From the NCBI GenBank assembly GCA_031426815.1, contig JASJPG010000027.1, positions 15,814 through 79,813 on the forward strand: a DNA stretch of 64,000 nt. The letters are read 5' to 3'. Numbering within the stretch: the first letter of the stretch is position 1; each line of letters starts with the position of its first letter. Below the pieces are notes generated by a model. It was not told the DNA's origin and searched no databases. It worked only from the letters and a program-made list of their open reading frames with translations. Source of the stretch: Hydrogenophilaceae bacterium (GTDB lineage Bacteria; Pseudomonadota; Gammaproteobacteria; Burkholderiales; Thiobacillaceae). Shown piece by piece: positions 19,736 through 29,463 of this stretch. A program made the position numbers and the translations under genes.

Positions 19736-21760
19736 TTATGGCCGGGCTTCGCTTAAACGATACAGCACTGGCACGTCGATCCAGGCCGATACGGCCAGAC
19801 CATGCTTGCGCGCCGGCACGAAGCGCCATTGTTTGAGTTGTTCTTGCGCGTTCTGGTCGAGGATGCCGGAACCGCTGCTCTGTTTCAGCCACATTTTGCC
19901 CGGTCTGCCGGTCGGCAGCACTTCCACCCGCACCGTAACACGGCCTTCGATGCCGCGAATATTGGCCAGCACCGGGTAGTCGATGCGCGGGTTATCCAGC
20001 GCATAGGCAGGCTGTTCCGCGATATTGCGGTCTGGCAATGGCGCACGGTTATCCGGTTGATCGTGGCCGGGAAGGGGTAATGGACAGTAGTTGGACGGTG
20101 CCAGCACATCGAGACGCTGGATTTCGCTATCCGGTCGCACCACTTGCACCGGAATCACCCGCGTGGCCTGCAACACGACCGGCGCGCGGCCGGAATCGCG
20201 GGCGGCGTTGAGCACGGCGACGGATGCATTTTGTCCAGGCGCGGCGATGACGCCGGCGCCGCCGCGCGCTCCAGCAGGCGCCTGCCCAGATGCGGCGCTG
20301 GCGCCGCTGCCGACGCCGCTGAATCGTTGCGCTGCAGCCGCTGCGCCGCCCATCCTGACGCCGGCATCGCTGGTCGCACGGCTGGTGCCGGCGTTGGGCT
20401 CGTCGCTCGCTACCGCGGCGGTGCGACCCGGCCGAGCCGGAAGATACGGATTCGATGCGGGCACATTGGCCAGCACCGGCTGCAGCGTGACCGCAAAACG
20501 CGGACTGCTGCCGGGTTCGCCCGGCGCCAGTGCGACTGCCGCGCCAGCCTGGCCGGCGCGACCCGGTCCGGCGCCATTGCGGCTGGCACCGATCAACGCG
20601 GTCGGCACAACCTTCGCCACGCCGAGGTACGCCTTCGCTTCCTGACCGCGACCGCCGCGACTGCTGCCCGCTTCGACCAGACCGGCTGGCGCGGCGCCGG
20701 CACGGCCGCCGGCGTGGATCGACTTGCCGACCGCGCTGGCCTGGCTGCTCACCAGCACGCCGCCGCCGCTGCCGCCGGCAGCCGACGCGGACGCCGTTTG
20801 CGCTTGCGTGCCCTGCGCCAGCGTAGCGGCTGCCGGGCCGGCCGCAATCGAGCCGGCGCCTGCCGGCATCGCGGCCAAGCCGGCCAGCGAGCTGCTGGCA
20901 GTCAAACGCACACCTTGCGCTTCGCCGCCGGCCGCGACGGCGAGGCTGCCGGAAGTCGTCGCGGCCTGTACGCCGGCACCCAGTGGCGCGTTCAGGGCGG
21001 CTTGCGGCGAAGCACTGGCGAGCAAACCGCCCGGGCGTTCGCCGGCAAAGTCAGGCGAGCCGGCCAGCGATGCCGCCGCTGTACTGGCCTGGGCGCCGGC
21101 ACCGCCTGTTCCCGGATTGACACCCTGGTTGGCCGCCAGCGCGGTGGCTTGGGCCAATGCCAAACCGGATTCGCCACGCGGCGCAGCATCGGCGCTGGCC
21201 TGCGCCAGGCCCGGCTCACTCAGGCCGGCACTGCTGGCGCTTGCGGTGGTGGCAAGCGCGTTGGCGGTGGCGCCTTCCGCCCGCGCCAATTTAGGCTTGC
21301 CGCTGCTTGGGGCGCCATCTTGTGTCGCGGCCGGAATACCGGCCGGCAAGCCCAAAGTGTGCGCGTCGGGCAAGGCAAGGCTGGGTACGTCCAGACGGGC
21401 TTTGTTTTCACCGCGCCAGTTCGCAGCGAGCAGATGCGGTTCCGGCTTGACGACGTCCGTTTTGGCAACATTCGGCTTCGATTTTTCCTTGGCCGCCAGC
21501 TTCCGCGTCTTCACCTTGCGCTGTTTGGCCAGCTTTCTGGTCGATTTCTTGACGACCGGCTTCGTTTTAGCGAGCGGCTGTGCTTTGGCGTCGGGCGGTT
21601 CCAACGCGATCTCGAAACTGATCGGTTGCGGCTCCGGCGGCGAGCCCGGCTGCCAGCCCAGCAAGACGCCCAGATGCAGCGCCGCGCTGGCGCCCAGGCC
21701 GAGCCAGTGGCGCGGCTCGACAGCCTTCAGGACGGCAACGATGCGAACCAGGCCGATCAC
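19736..21760 (-). CDS. TonB-family protein with very long Ala/Gly/Ser-rich spacer
   Basis: 674 aa. N-terminal TM segment, a short P/K-rich segment, and a C-terminal TonB fold region (YPVLANIRGIEGRVTVRVEV...WRFVPA). The GTGA start overlaps the exbD stop. Confidence 0.8.
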   Translation of the reverse strand: MIGLVRIVAVLKAVEPRHWLGLGASAALHLGVLLGWQPGSPPEPQPISFEIALEPPDAKAQPLAKTKPVVKKSTRKLAKQRKVKTRKLAAKEKSKPNVAKTDVVKPEPHLLAANWRGENKARLDVPSLALPDAHTLGLPAGIPAATQDGAPSSGKPKLARAEGATANALATTASASSAGLSEPGLAQASADAAPRGESGLALAQATALAANQGVNPGTGGAGAQASTAAASLAGSPDFAGERPGGLLASASPQAALNAPLGAGVQAATTSGSLAVAAGGEAQGVRLTASSSLAGLAAMPAGAGSIAAGPAAATLAQGTQAQTASASAAGGSGGGVLVSSQASAVGKSIHAGGRAGAAPAGLVEAGSSRGGRGQEAKAYLGVAKVVPTALIGASRNGAGPGRAGQAGAAVALAPGEPGSSPRFAVTLQPVLANVPASNPYLPARPGRTAAVASDEPNAGTSRATSDAGVRMGGAAAAAQRFSGVGSGASAASGQAPAGARGGAGVIAAPGQNASVAVLNAARDSGRAPVVLQATRVIPVQVVRPDSEIQRLDVLAPSNYCPLPLPGHDQPDNRAPLPDRNIAEQPAYALDNPRIDYPVLANIRGIEGRVTVRVEVLPTGRPGKMWLKQSSGSGILDQNAQEQLKQWRFVPARKHGLAVSAWIDVPVLYRLSEARP

Positions 21761-22203
21761 TTGCCGACCCGACTCTTCGGCGCGGCGGCGGTGACGAAGC
21801 TGAGTTTGGCGACGCCGGCGCGGCTCACCGCCGCCATGACTTCGGTGATACGGCCGTATGGCACGCCGGCATCGGCGCGCAACTGCACGGTGAGATCGGG
21901 CGTCTTCGCCAATTCGGCCTTCAGGCTGGCTTCCAGTACCGGCAGTTCGATGCCGTCACGGCCGAGGAAGACCTTGCCATCCGGTTGCACGCTGACCACC
22001 CGTGCCGGCGCCGGTTTGAGCGCGGCGACCGGCGAGGTTTCCGGCAATTTGACCTTGACCGATTGCAGGATGAACGGCGCGGTGACCATGAAGATGGTGA
22101 GCAGAACCAGCATCACGTCGACCAGCGGCGTGACGTTGATCTCACTCATGGTCTGGAAATCGGTTTCACCCGAATTCAGGCTGGAATTTGACCGGAGCGC
22201 CAT
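21757..22203 (-). CDS. exbD: ExbD/TolR-family protein
   Basis: Contains INVTPLVDVMLVLLTIFMV. I chose the start at MALRSNS, directly after the exbB stop. Confidence 0.85.
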   Translation of the reverse strand: MALRSNSSLNSGETDFQTMSEINVTPLVDVMLVLLTIFMVTAPFILQSVKVKLPETSPVAALKPAPARVVSVQPDGKVFLGRDGIELPVLEASLKAELAKTPDLTVQLRADAGVPYGRITEVMAAVSRAGVAKLSFVTAAAPKSRVGK

Positions 22204-22204
22204 G

Positions 22205-22867
<663 letters not shown>

Positions 22868-23108
22868 GGCGAGGCGTCGGAGAATTAAGCCGATGCATTA
22901 TAAGCAGTCACTAATACGTGCAGCCGCGCGCTAAATTAATCCGCAGCACGCCTTTGCTTTCCTTTGTCGTTTCTCCGACACACGGCGGAAAATTGATGCG
23001 CGCACGCAAGCGGGCATTTGACAGTTGCACAAACTGCCACGGTTAACCGGGAAGCGGGTCGCTGGGCTAAAATGGCGGCCCTTTTCAGCGCTTTCCGGAG
23101 TTTTCAAC

Positions 23109-24029
23109 ATGTCCATGGCCGACCGCGACGGTCTCATCTGGTACGACGGCAAAATGGTGCCCTGGCGCGAAGCCACGACCCATGTTCTGACCCACACCCT
23201 GCACTACGGCATGGGCGTATTCGAAGGCGTCCGCGCCTACGAAACCGCCGCCGGTCCGGCGATCTTCCGCCTGCAGGACCATACCGACCGCCTGTTCCGC
23301 TCGGCCCACATTCTCGGCATGAAGATGCCGTTCGATAAAGAGACGTTGAACGCGGCGCAAAAAGCCGTGGTGCGCGAGAACGGCCTCAAATCCGGCTATC
23401 TGCGCCCGATGGCGTTCTACGGCGCCGAAGCGATGGGCATTTCCGCGAAGACCCTGTCCACCCACGTCATCGTCGCGGCCTGGCCGTGGGGCGCCTATCT
23501 GGGCAAGGAAGCACTGGAGCATGGCATACGCGTGAAGACGTCTTCCTTCACCCGGCATCACGTCAACATCACGATGTGCAAGGCCAAGGCCAACGGCAAT
23601 TACATGAATTCGATCCTGGCGCACCGCGAAGCCGAGATGGATGGCTACCAGGAAGCCCTGTTGCTGGATGTGGAAGGTTTTGTCGCGGAAGGCTCCGGCG
23701 AAAACGTGTTCATCGTGCGCAACGGCAAGCTGTACACGCCGGATCTGACCTCCGCGCTGGAAGGCATCACACGCGACACCATCGTGCGTCTGGCTGGCGA
23801 ACTGGGCATTCCGGTGATCGAAAAACGCATCACGCGCGACGAGGTCTACTGCGCCGACGAAGCCTTCTTCACCGGCACCGCCGCCGAAGTGACGCCGATC
23901 CGCGAACTTGACAACCGCGCCATCGGCACGGGCGACCGCGGCCCGATCACGACGCAACTGCAGGCGCTGTATTTCGACTGCGTGCAGGGCAAATCCGAAC
24001 CGCACGCCGCCTGGCTGGCGCATGTCTGA
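23109..24029 (+). CDS. ilvE: Branched-chain amino acid aminotransferase
   Basis: The N-terminus MSMADRDGLIWYDGKMVPW and the motif EGSGENVF match IlvE. The ORF-track start at 23025 looks like an extension. Confidence 0.93.
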   Translation: MSMADRDGLIWYDGKMVPWREATTHVLTHTLHYGMGVFEGVRAYETAAGPAIFRLQDHTDRLFRSAHILGMKMPFDKETLNAAQKAVVRENGLKSGYLRPMAFYGAEAMGISAKTLSTHVIVAAWPWGAYLGKEALEHGIRVKTSSFTRHHVNITMCKAKANGNYMNSILAHREAEMDGYQEALLLDVEGFVAEGSGENVFIVRNGKLYTPDLTSALEGITRDTIVRLAGELGIPVIEKRITRDEVYCADEAFFTGTAAEVTPIRELDNRAIGTGDRGPITTQLQALYFDCVQGKSEPHAAWLAHV

Positions 24030-24240
24030 CATGAGTGCACCCGCAACCCATACGCAACGCATCGTCGAAGTCAGCGAGACCGACTTGCCGCTGCATTGCC
24101 CGCTGCCGACGGACAGCCTGTGGAACGGCCATCCGCGCGTGTTCATTCCGGTGCAGGAAACGGGCGAAGCGCTGTGTCCCTACTGCGGCACGCTGTACAA
24201 ACTGCGCGGCTGGAATGGCCAGTCGCGCCACTCGCACTGA
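24022..24240 (+). CDS. Small zinc-finger (CHCC-type) protein
   Basis: 72 aa with LHCP...CPYCG. It overlaps the ilvE stop by 8 nt. Confidence 0.6.
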   Translation: MSDMSAPATHTQRIVEVSETDLPLHCPLPTDSLWNGHPRVFIPVQETGEALCPYCGTLYKLRGWNGQSRHSH

Positions 24241-24255
24241 ACCCGGAGGCCTGCC

Positions 24256-24765
24256 ATGAAAGCATTCACTCTCTTTGCCCTGCTGGCGTTCAGCCTGCCC
24301 GCCCTGGCACAAACACCGGCCCAAGCCACTCCCGAGCAAATGCAGAAAGCCATGCTGCAGCAGGCGCAAGTCATGTCGGTGATGTTCGATCTGCGCAAAT
24401 CGAAATTGGGCTTCGATGAAACCATCAACGCGATCAAATCCGCCGCCGTGAAACGTGGCTGGAAAATCGGCGATGTGCAGGACATGCAGGCACAGATGAA
24501 GGCAGCCGGGGCCACTGAGGTTAAACGGATGAAGGTGGTGCATCTATGTCCGGCCGGTGCCAACGAGAAAATCGCCAAAGCCGGCGGCGGCAAAGCGCCG
24601 CCGCTGCCCTGCCGCGCCACCGTGTTCGATGGCAAGGATGGACAGCTTTACGTGGTGCGGATGAATCTGACCAATCTGGCCAAAACACTGCCAGGCGATC
24701 TGGCCAAGGCGATGGCCGAGTTGGGCGCGGAAGAAGAGGCGCTGTACAAGGACATCCTGCAGTAA
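24256..24765 (+). CDS. Periplasmic DUF302-domain protein
   Basis: Signal peptide MKAFTLFALLAFSLPALA. Contains VVHLCP and LPCRATVFDGKDG motifs. Confidence 0.75.
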   Translation: MKAFTLFALLAFSLPALAQTPAQATPEQMQKAMLQQAQVMSVMFDLRKSKLGFDETINAIKSAAVKRGWKIGDVQDMQAQMKAAGATEVKRMKVVHLCPAGANEKIAKAGGGKAPPLPCRATVFDGKDGQLYVVRMNLTNLAKTLPGDLAKAMAELGAEEEALYKDILQ

Positions 24766-24782
24766 CGACGGGGCGACCCGTT

Positions 24783-24818
24783 AAAAAGCCGGCTGAGGTT
24801 GCCTCAGCCGGCTTTTTT
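24783..24818. terminator. Bidirectional rho-independent terminator
   Basis: AAAAA-GCCGGCTGAGG-TTG-CCTCAGCCGGC-TTTTTT lies between convergent genes. Confidence 0.85.
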
Positions 24819-24830
24819 ATTTCCAGGCGA

Positions 24831-26210
24831 TCAAGCGGTGCGTGAGTAGCGCGGTTGCTGACCCTGCGTTTGCGCCGCTTCCTTCAGATAGGCATCGAAC
24901 CCCATCGCGATGTTGCGCAGGAACAGACTGCCCAACTGCGTCACGATGATGCGCCCGGACTCCAGGCGGACCAGGCCGTCTTCTGCCAATGCCGGCAATT
25001 CGGCCAGGCCATCGGCGAATTTTTCCGAGAAATCGACGCCCCATTCCGCGCCGAATGCGGCGGTGTCCAATTCCATGTCGCACATGATGCGGGTGATCAA
25101 ATCGCGCCGGATCTGGTCCTCATGCGTCAGCCGCAAACCCCGCTCCACCGGCAGATGCCCGGCGGCGACACGGTCCTGGTACTGCTTGATGTTCTTTTCG
25201 TTCTGCATGTAGACATCGCGCGTCTGGCTGATGCTGGAGGCGCCAAAAGCATAGATGTCGCAATTCTTGTGCGTCGTGTAGCCCTGGAAATTGCGCCACA
25301 AAGTCTTGTTCTTCTGCGCTTTCACCATCTCGTCGTCGGGCTTGGCGTAGTGGTCCATGCCGACGTTCTGGTACCCGGCCGCACCAAGACGGTCGTGGAT
25401 CAGTTGCTGCAGGTCGAGCCGCGTCGCAAAGCTGGGCAGATCCGGCTCGTTGATCAGCTTCTGATGCTTCTTCATCCAGGGCACGTGCGCGTAGGCGAAG
25501 ATGGCGAAACGATCCGGCGCCCAGGCCAGGACACGGTCCAGCGTATGCGCGAAGCTCACTGTGCTCTGGTGCGGCAGACCGACGATCAGGTCCATATTGA
25601 TGCTCTGGAAGCCCAACTCGCGTGCCCAGTGATAGACCTGCTCGATCATCGCCTCGGGCTGCACCCGATTGACCGCTTTCTGTACCTTGTCGTCGAGATC
25701 CTGCACACCGAGCGACAACCGGTTGAAACCCGACTCGCGCAGCGCTGCCAGATGTTCCCGCGTCAGTTCGCGCGGATCGGCTTCGCAGCCCATTTCGGCG
25801 TCCGGTGCGATGGTGAAGCGGGTGCGAAACATCGCCATCAAGCGGCGAATATCGTCCGGCTTCAGGTAAGTCGGCGTGCCGCCGCCCAGATGCAGCTGTT
25901 TCACCAGACGGCGCGGATCGGTCAATTGTGCGACCCGCGACATTTCCAGTTCCAGATGGTGCAGATAGGTATCGGCTTTGCTGTAGTCGCCCGTCGCCAC
26001 CATGTTGCAGCCGCAGTAATAACAAAGCGTGTCGCAGAAGGGGATGTGGGCATAGAGCGACAGGCCGCGTGCCTCGTCCTGCGAAGACTGCAACTCTTGC
26101 AGCCAATCGGCCTCGGTGAAGCCGGAGTGGAAGTAAGGCGCGGTCGGATAAGAGGTATAGCGCGGCCCCGGCTTGCTGTACTTCTCCAACAGGGCGGTGA
26201 ATTTGGACAT
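24831..26210 (-). CDS. hemN: Oxygen-independent coproporphyrinogen III oxidase
   Basis: 459 aa with a radical-SAM CDTLCYYCGC cluster and YTSYPTAP near the N-terminus. Confidence 0.95.
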   Translation of the reverse strand: MSKFTALLEKYSKPGPRYTSYPTAPYFHSGFTEADWLQELQSSQDEARGLSLYAHIPFCDTLCYYCGCNMVATGDYSKADTYLHHLELEMSRVAQLTDPRRLVKQLHLGGGTPTYLKPDDIRRLMAMFRTRFTIAPDAEMGCEADPRELTREHLAALRESGFNRLSLGVQDLDDKVQKAVNRVQPEAMIEQVYHWARELGFQSINMDLIVGLPHQSTVSFAHTLDRVLAWAPDRFAIFAYAHVPWMKKHQKLINEPDLPSFATRLDLQQLIHDRLGAAGYQNVGMDHYAKPDDEMVKAQKNKTLWRNFQGYTTHKNCDIYAFGASSISQTRDVYMQNEKNIKQYQDRVAAGHLPVERGLRLTHEDQIRRDLITRIMCDMELDTAAFGAEWGVDFSEKFADGLAELPALAEDGLVRLESGRIIVTQLGSLFLRNIAMGFDAYLKEAAQTQGQQPRYSRTA

Positions 26211-26375
26211 AGGTCTACTCGCTTCAGGTTAGCCCGATTGTAGGCGGGCCGGGAAAAACGCGGAACAGCAGGCGTGAACTCGTTCAAGCCCAGGTTCTAT
26301 GAGCCCCGAATACATGATTAATTTCTACACCGGTACATTTAGACCCATCAAAATCTCAACAAAAATGATGAACTT

Positions 26376-26405
26376 TTGACGCAGTTAGTATATCTTTCGT
26401 ATTAG
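26376..26405 (+). promoter_or_regulatory. Sigma70-like promoter candidate (TTGACG-N18-TATTAG)
   Basis: Hexamers read directly from the sequence. It faces away from hemN and toward the structured region. Confidence 0.3.
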
Positions 26406-26411
26406 AGCTTT

Positions 26412-26573
26412 CGGTCGGTGTCGCGCTGTTACTGGCGCGGCAAGGAACCTCAGATCAGGTACAGAAATTGCTCTTATCTGATCAAGCTGAGGCAGGGCCT
26501 CCCAACTAACCTCCCTGACCGCCGCAATGGCGGTTTTTCAAGCGGCATCGGTCTCCGATGCCGCTCTTTTTTT
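26412..26573 (+). ncRNA. Candidate small RNA or 5' leader with tandem terminators
   Basis: Three stems (26424-26444, 26447-26491 and CAGGG/CCCTG at 26493-26517). Two CCUCCC motifs. Two consecutive hairpin plus U-tract terminators at 26519-26538 and 26541-26573. There is no upstream + strand gene. Confidence 0.35.
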
Positions 26574-26644
26574 GTGGGTACGATTCGTACACCAGCCCGC
26601 ACGGCAAATACAAGGATAATTCCCTTTCGTGACGGAGGGACAGC

Positions 26645-28021
26645 GTGCAGGCCATACCAGCGGAAATCTTCAAGGCTTACGACGTGCGCGGCATCGTAGG
26701 CAAAACGTTAAGCGCAGAGCTCGTCGAAAAGATTGGCCATGCGATTGCATCGGAAGCGCGAGCGCGGCGACAAAGCGATATCGTGATCGGCCGCGACGGA
26801 CGCCTGTCCGGCTTCGAACTGGCTGCCGCCCTGGCACGCGGCATACAAAAAGCCGGCATCAACGTGATCGACTTGGGCATGGTCGCCACTCCGATGGCCT
26901 ACTTCGCCGCCTTTCAACTCGGCAGCAGCTGTGCGGTCATGGTCACCGGCTCGCACAACCCGCCCGATTACAACGGCCTCAAGATCGTGCTGGCGGGTGA
27001 AACCCTCTCCGGCGAAGCCATCCAGGCCTTGCGCAGCCGCATCGCAGGCAACGACCTAGCCCACGGCCAGGGCGAGTATCGCCAGCACGATATTGCCGAT
27101 GAGTACATTCGCCGAATTAGCGGGGACGTCAAACTGGCGCGTCCGCTAAAAATCATCGTCGACGCCGGCAATGGTGCTGCAGGCGCATTCGCCCCCGCAC
27201 TCTATCGCGCCATGGGTTGCACGGTGGAAGCCCTGTTCTGCGAGGTCGATGGACACTTTCCCAACCATCACCCCGATCCATCCGTTCCCGCCAATCTGGT
27301 CGACCTGATCACCCACCTGCAAAACAGCGACGCGGAAATCGGCCTCGCCTTCGATGGCGACGGCGACCGCCTGGGCGTCGTCACCAAAGCTGGCAGCATC
27401 ATCTTTCCCGATCGCCAGTTGATGTTGTTCGCGGATGACGTGTTATCGCGCAACCCGGGCGCTACCGTCATATTCGACGTCAAATCGACGCGCAATCTGG
27501 TCAAGTGGATCGAAGATCGCGGCGGCAATCCATTGATGTGGAAAAGCGGACACTCCCTGATCAAGGCAAAGATGCGGGAAACCGGAGCGCTACTGGCCGG
27601 CGAATTGAGCGGCCACATCTTCTTCAAGGAACGTTGGTACGGTTTCGACGACGGACTTTATGCCGGCGCAAGACTGCTCGAATATTTATCCCACCAGGCG
27701 GACATCGATGCGTGCCTGCAAAATTTGCCGGATTCGGTCTGCACCCCCGAAATCCAGATCGAGATGCGGGAAGGCGAAGCGCACCGATTTGTCGCAAAAC
27801 TGCAGGAAAACGCTCATTTCGAGGGCGCAAGCCGAGTCATCCATATCGACGGATTGCGTGTTGAATATCCCGATGGCTTCGGCCTGGTACGTGCCTCGAA
27901 CACTACACCGACGGTCATTGTCCGTTTTGAAGCAGACAATCCTGACGCCTTGGCCCGGATACAGGCCGCAATCGGAGCGGCAATGTCGGCCGCAGAGCCA
28001 GGCATTCCCTTTTCGTTTTGA
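26645..28021 (+). CDS. Phosphomannomutase/phosphoglucomutase
   Basis: 458 aa with a GTG start. Contains IFKAYDVRGIVG, the active-site loop TGSHNPP, and DGDGDR. Confidence 0.92.
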   Translation: MQAIPAEIFKAYDVRGIVGKTLSAELVEKIGHAIASEARARRQSDIVIGRDGRLSGFELAAALARGIQKAGINVIDLGMVATPMAYFAAFQLGSSCAVMVTGSHNPPDYNGLKIVLAGETLSGEAIQALRSRIAGNDLAHGQGEYRQHDIADEYIRRISGDVKLARPLKIIVDAGNGAAGAFAPALYRAMGCTVEALFCEVDGHFPNHHPDPSVPANLVDLITHLQNSDAEIGLAFDGDGDRLGVVTKAGSIIFPDRQLMLFADDVLSRNPGATVIFDVKSTRNLVKWIEDRGGNPLMWKSGHSLIKAKMRETGALLAGELSGHIFFKERWYGFDDGLYAGARLLEYLSHQADIDACLQNLPDSVCTPEIQIEMREGEAHRFVAKLQENAHFEGASRVIHIDGLRVEYPDGFGLVRASNTTPTVIVRFEADNPDALARIQAAIGAAMSAAEPGIPFSF

Positions 28022-28281
28022 TCGTTTGCGGCCCGGACTCCACGCACGTCGAACGACTTCTTCAGATGAAAGACACACAAGTCATGAGAGCGAGCCACAT
28101 CTTGATATGTGTCGAGATTTCTTACACGCCCTCTCAAGATTCCGGAAAGCCATCTATAAATCAAACCCTTACGTAGGTGGCATGCGATTTGCTTTGACTA
28201 CAGTCAAGATGTGCGTGAGATACATCACATGATTTAGCGACATTTGTTTTGAACGTAGCATCAACTTTCGGAGGTTTAACC

Positions 28282-28830
28282 GTGAATCACAAACTCAAAC
28301 TACTTACTGCCGCGCTAACCAGCAGCCTTGTCAGTATCAGTGCCGCGCATGCGATGACCGTTGATATCGGTGCTGTGCCAGCAAACGCAACCTTCGCTCA
28401 AGTAATTTCCAAATCTGTCGGCACATTTTCTGACACCTGGATTTTTGACGTCGTTGGCTCTCCCATTTTGGCCGGTGGCTCCATCAGCAACTTGTCGATC
28501 AGCCTCTCCCCTTTAGTGAATCTGTTCAACGTTGATGGACTGTCGGTTCAGCTATATCGCGGTGACAACACCCTGATCCAAGATCTCGATCTTGCCCCGG
28601 GAAGTAGCGCCCAAATCAAGCTGGGGTCCGGTGTATTTCCCCCTGCAGACGACTACTATTTCTCGGTATCTGGTAACGCAAATGGCATGTTAGGTGGTCA
28701 ATATGTATTCGCCGTCACCACGCTGCCCGTACCCGAGCCCGAAACCTGGGCCATGCTGGTTGCCGGCCTGGGCCTGGTTGGTCTGCAACTGCGTCGCCGT
28801 TCCAACGCTGGTCGCATCAGCATCAACTAA
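28282..28830 (+). CDS. PEP-CTERM sorting-domain protein
   Basis: GGAGG lies 7 nt before the GTG at 28282. Has a signal peptide. The C-terminus VPEPETWAMLVAGLGLVGLQLRRRS is the PEP-CTERM motif (PEP, TM segment, basic tail). Confidence 0.8.
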   Translation: MNHKLKLLTAALTSSLVSISAAHAMTVDIGAVPANATFAQVISKSVGTFSDTWIFDVVGSPILAGGSISNLSISLSPLVNLFNVDGLSVQLYRGDNTLIQDLDLAPGSSAQIKLGSGVFPPADDYYFSVSGNANGMLGGQYVFAVTTLPVPEPETWAMLVAGLGLVGLQLRRRSNAGRISIN

Positions 28831-28853
28831 GCTTTAAACAGTTGCATCCTGAT

Positions 28854-28881
28854 ACGCCGGCGTATGCCGGCGTTTCTTTTT
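28854..28881 (+). terminator. Rho-independent terminator
   Basis: ACGCCGGC-GTAT-GCCGGCGT followed by TTCTTTTT. Confidence 0.8.
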
Positions 28882-28965
28882 GTCGAGATTTTTTACAGCC
28901 TGTTCTTCGTCTCGTTCGAGTCGCTATCATGCGGCCTGTTCCGAACTCTTCCGCACCGAACCAAC

Positions 28966-29463
28966 ATGTCATCACCTCTAGTCGGTCTCATCATGGGCAG
29001 CACCAGCGATTGGGACACCATGAGCCAAGCCGCCACATTGCTCAGCCAACTCTCAGTCCCCTTTGAAAAGCGCGTGGTTTCTGCGCACCGCACGCCCGAC
29101 TTGCTATTCGAATACGCTGAAACAGCCGAGGCGCGCGGCTTGCGCTGCATCATCGCAGGCGCCGGCGGTGCGGCGCATCTGCCGGGCATGGTCGCAGCCA
29201 AGACGCATTTGCCGGTGCTGGGCGTGCCGGTGATGTCGAAATTCCTGACCGGCCTGGATTCCCTGCTTTCCATAGCGCAAATGCCCAAAGGCATTCCGGT
29301 CGCGACATTCGCGGTCGGCCCTGCCGGAGCGGCCAATGCGGCGTTGTTCGCGGCTGCCATGCTGGCAGCGGAATTCCCCAATATTCGCGCCCGCCTGCTG
29401 GAATTCCGGCGTGCGCAAACCGAAATTGTGCTCTCCGCCACCTTACCGGATGACGCATCATGA
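28966..29463 (+). CDS. purE: N5-carboxyaminoimidazole ribonucleotide mutase
   Basis: Contains [11 protein letters not shown] and SAHRTP motifs. I chose the start at MSSPLVG. Confidence 0.95.
   Translation: MSSPLVGLIMGSTSDWDTMSQAATLLSQLSVPFEKRVVSAHRTPDLLFEYAETAEARGLRCIIAGAGGAAHLPGMVAAKTHLPVLGVPVMSKFLTGLDSLLSIAQMPKGIPVATFAVGPAGAANAALFAAAMLAAEFPNIRARLLEFRRAQTEIVLSATLPDDAS

Noticed and set aside
22885-22915. Fur-box-like GATGCATTATAA upstream of exbB.
   Set aside because: It matches only about half of the 19-bp Fur consensus, and the other half is unrelated.
26338-26351. Possible FNR box TTTAG-ACCC-ATCAA about 130 nt upstream of hemN.
   Set aside because: Only one half-site is good (about 8 of 10 overall). 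It is plausible biologically but not supportable from sequence alone.
26418-26699. 93-aa + strand ORF spanning the hemN-PMM/PGM intergenic region.
   Set aside because: It reads through two intrinsic terminators and into the PMM/PGM gene start in another frame. It is Arg/Cys-rich and has no SD. The region is better explained as RNA structure.
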